In this document: positions 63,580 to 64,000 of the stretch, piece by piece
Layout of the letters: each line of letters opens with the position of its first letter
How positions within the stretch are numbered: the stretch's first letter is position 1
The notes under the pieces: generated by a model
Told to the model about the DNA's origin: nothing
The model's database searches: none
What the model saw: the letters and a program-made list of their open reading frames with translations, nothing else
Assembly (NCBI GenBank): GCA_965221215.1
Contig: OZ244872.1
Span: 1,636,936 to 1,700,935, forward strand
Direction: 5' to 3'
DNA length: 64,000 nt
Source: Candidatus Aldehydirespirator sp.
GTDB taxonomy: Bacteria; Actinomycetota; Acidimicrobiia; Acidimicrobiales; Aldehydirespiratoraceae
Program-made: the position numbers and the translations under genes

Positions 63580-64000
63580 TGCCGCCGTCCGCGGACTCGT
63601 CGCCTCCATCGGCAGCCGGAGCGTCGGGCTCCGTCTCGTCTGCGATCTCTCGCCTCAGGAGGTCGAGCTTGAACCCGTCAAGCTGATCGCGCTCTCCGAA
63701 GAGTTGCTCCTCGACGTACGGCATCACATTGTGCTCCCAGATCATCTCGACCATCTCCTCGTCGAGATCCTCTCTCATGAAGTAGCTGGGCCCGATGGCT
63801 GCATGGCGATCAGACAGCTTCTCATTGGCTCGTTCGACGACATCCGCAACCCACTCCATCCCCTCGACGTTGGTGTCCAACCATCTCCGGAGCAGACCCC
63901 GCACAGGCGGCTTGTCAGGATGGAACTCAAAAAAGTGGAACCGCCGCCGCAGGGCCAGATCCACCAGGGCGATGGAGCGGTCGGCCGTATTCATGGTGCC
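63566..64000 (-). CDS. mcrB: McrB-family AAA+ GTPase (3' end only; runs off the right edge)
   Basis: GTMNTADRSIALVDLALRRRF (NxxD signature), IGPSYFM; overlaps the mcrC start. Confidence 0.92.
   Translation of the reverse strand, partial: GTMNTADRSIALVDLALRRRFHFFEFHPDKPPVRGLLRRWLDTNVEGMEWVADVVERANEKLSDRHAAIGPSYFMREDLDEEMVEMIWEHNVMPYVEEQLFGERDQLDGFKLDLLRREIADETEPDAPAADGGDESADGGNAPD

Noticed and set aside
1-64000. CRISPR array
   Set aside because: No run of three or more identical 23-47 bp repeats with unique, equal-length spacers was seen. The repeats found are pairs or coding tandems.

Overview
High-GC (about 70%) actinobacterial chromosome segment. The gene content (mshC mycothiol ligase, InhA-type fabI, many leaderless TANNNT promoters, a Calx-beta surface protein, many toxin-antitoxin and defence genes) fits Acidimicrobiia, possibly a host-associated or sponge symbiont; that assignment is inference. 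Housekeeping and metabolic genes: a purine/nucleoside uptake and deamination cluster, a xanthine dehydrogenase-family Mo enzyme, an acyl-CoA dehydrogenase pair, thrS, HIT, mshC, fabI, ABC exporters, murF, ddl, aconitase, accD, gltA, chorismate mutase, tRNA-Pro(TGG) and tRNA-Val(CAC). Accessory elements: a type IIG RM fusion, Fic, three TA pairs (one vapC split by an intact IS256 with a 9-bp TSD), two convergent MNT-HEPN fusions, a DUF222-HNH gene and the 3' part of mcrBC. Most unusual observations: (1) at least five operon spacers are filled by short relay mini-ORFs (15-40 aa), mostly built from duplicated gene junctions, that start on or next to the upstream stop codon and stop on or next to the downstream start codon; (2) a dispersed intergenic repeat family with a conserved-stem, variable-loop hairpin, one copy inside a CTAG-bounded MITE-like element; (3) a C12 tract in the 5' coding region of the Calx-beta protein (candidate phase switch); (4) an uncharacterised FAR-HAD / LarA-like / PlsC lipid operon; (5) a 51-bp, 33% GC patch inside an MNT-HEPN gene. 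No CRISPR array, rRNA or prophage was seen. All homology calls come from motif recognition by eye; no database searches were run.
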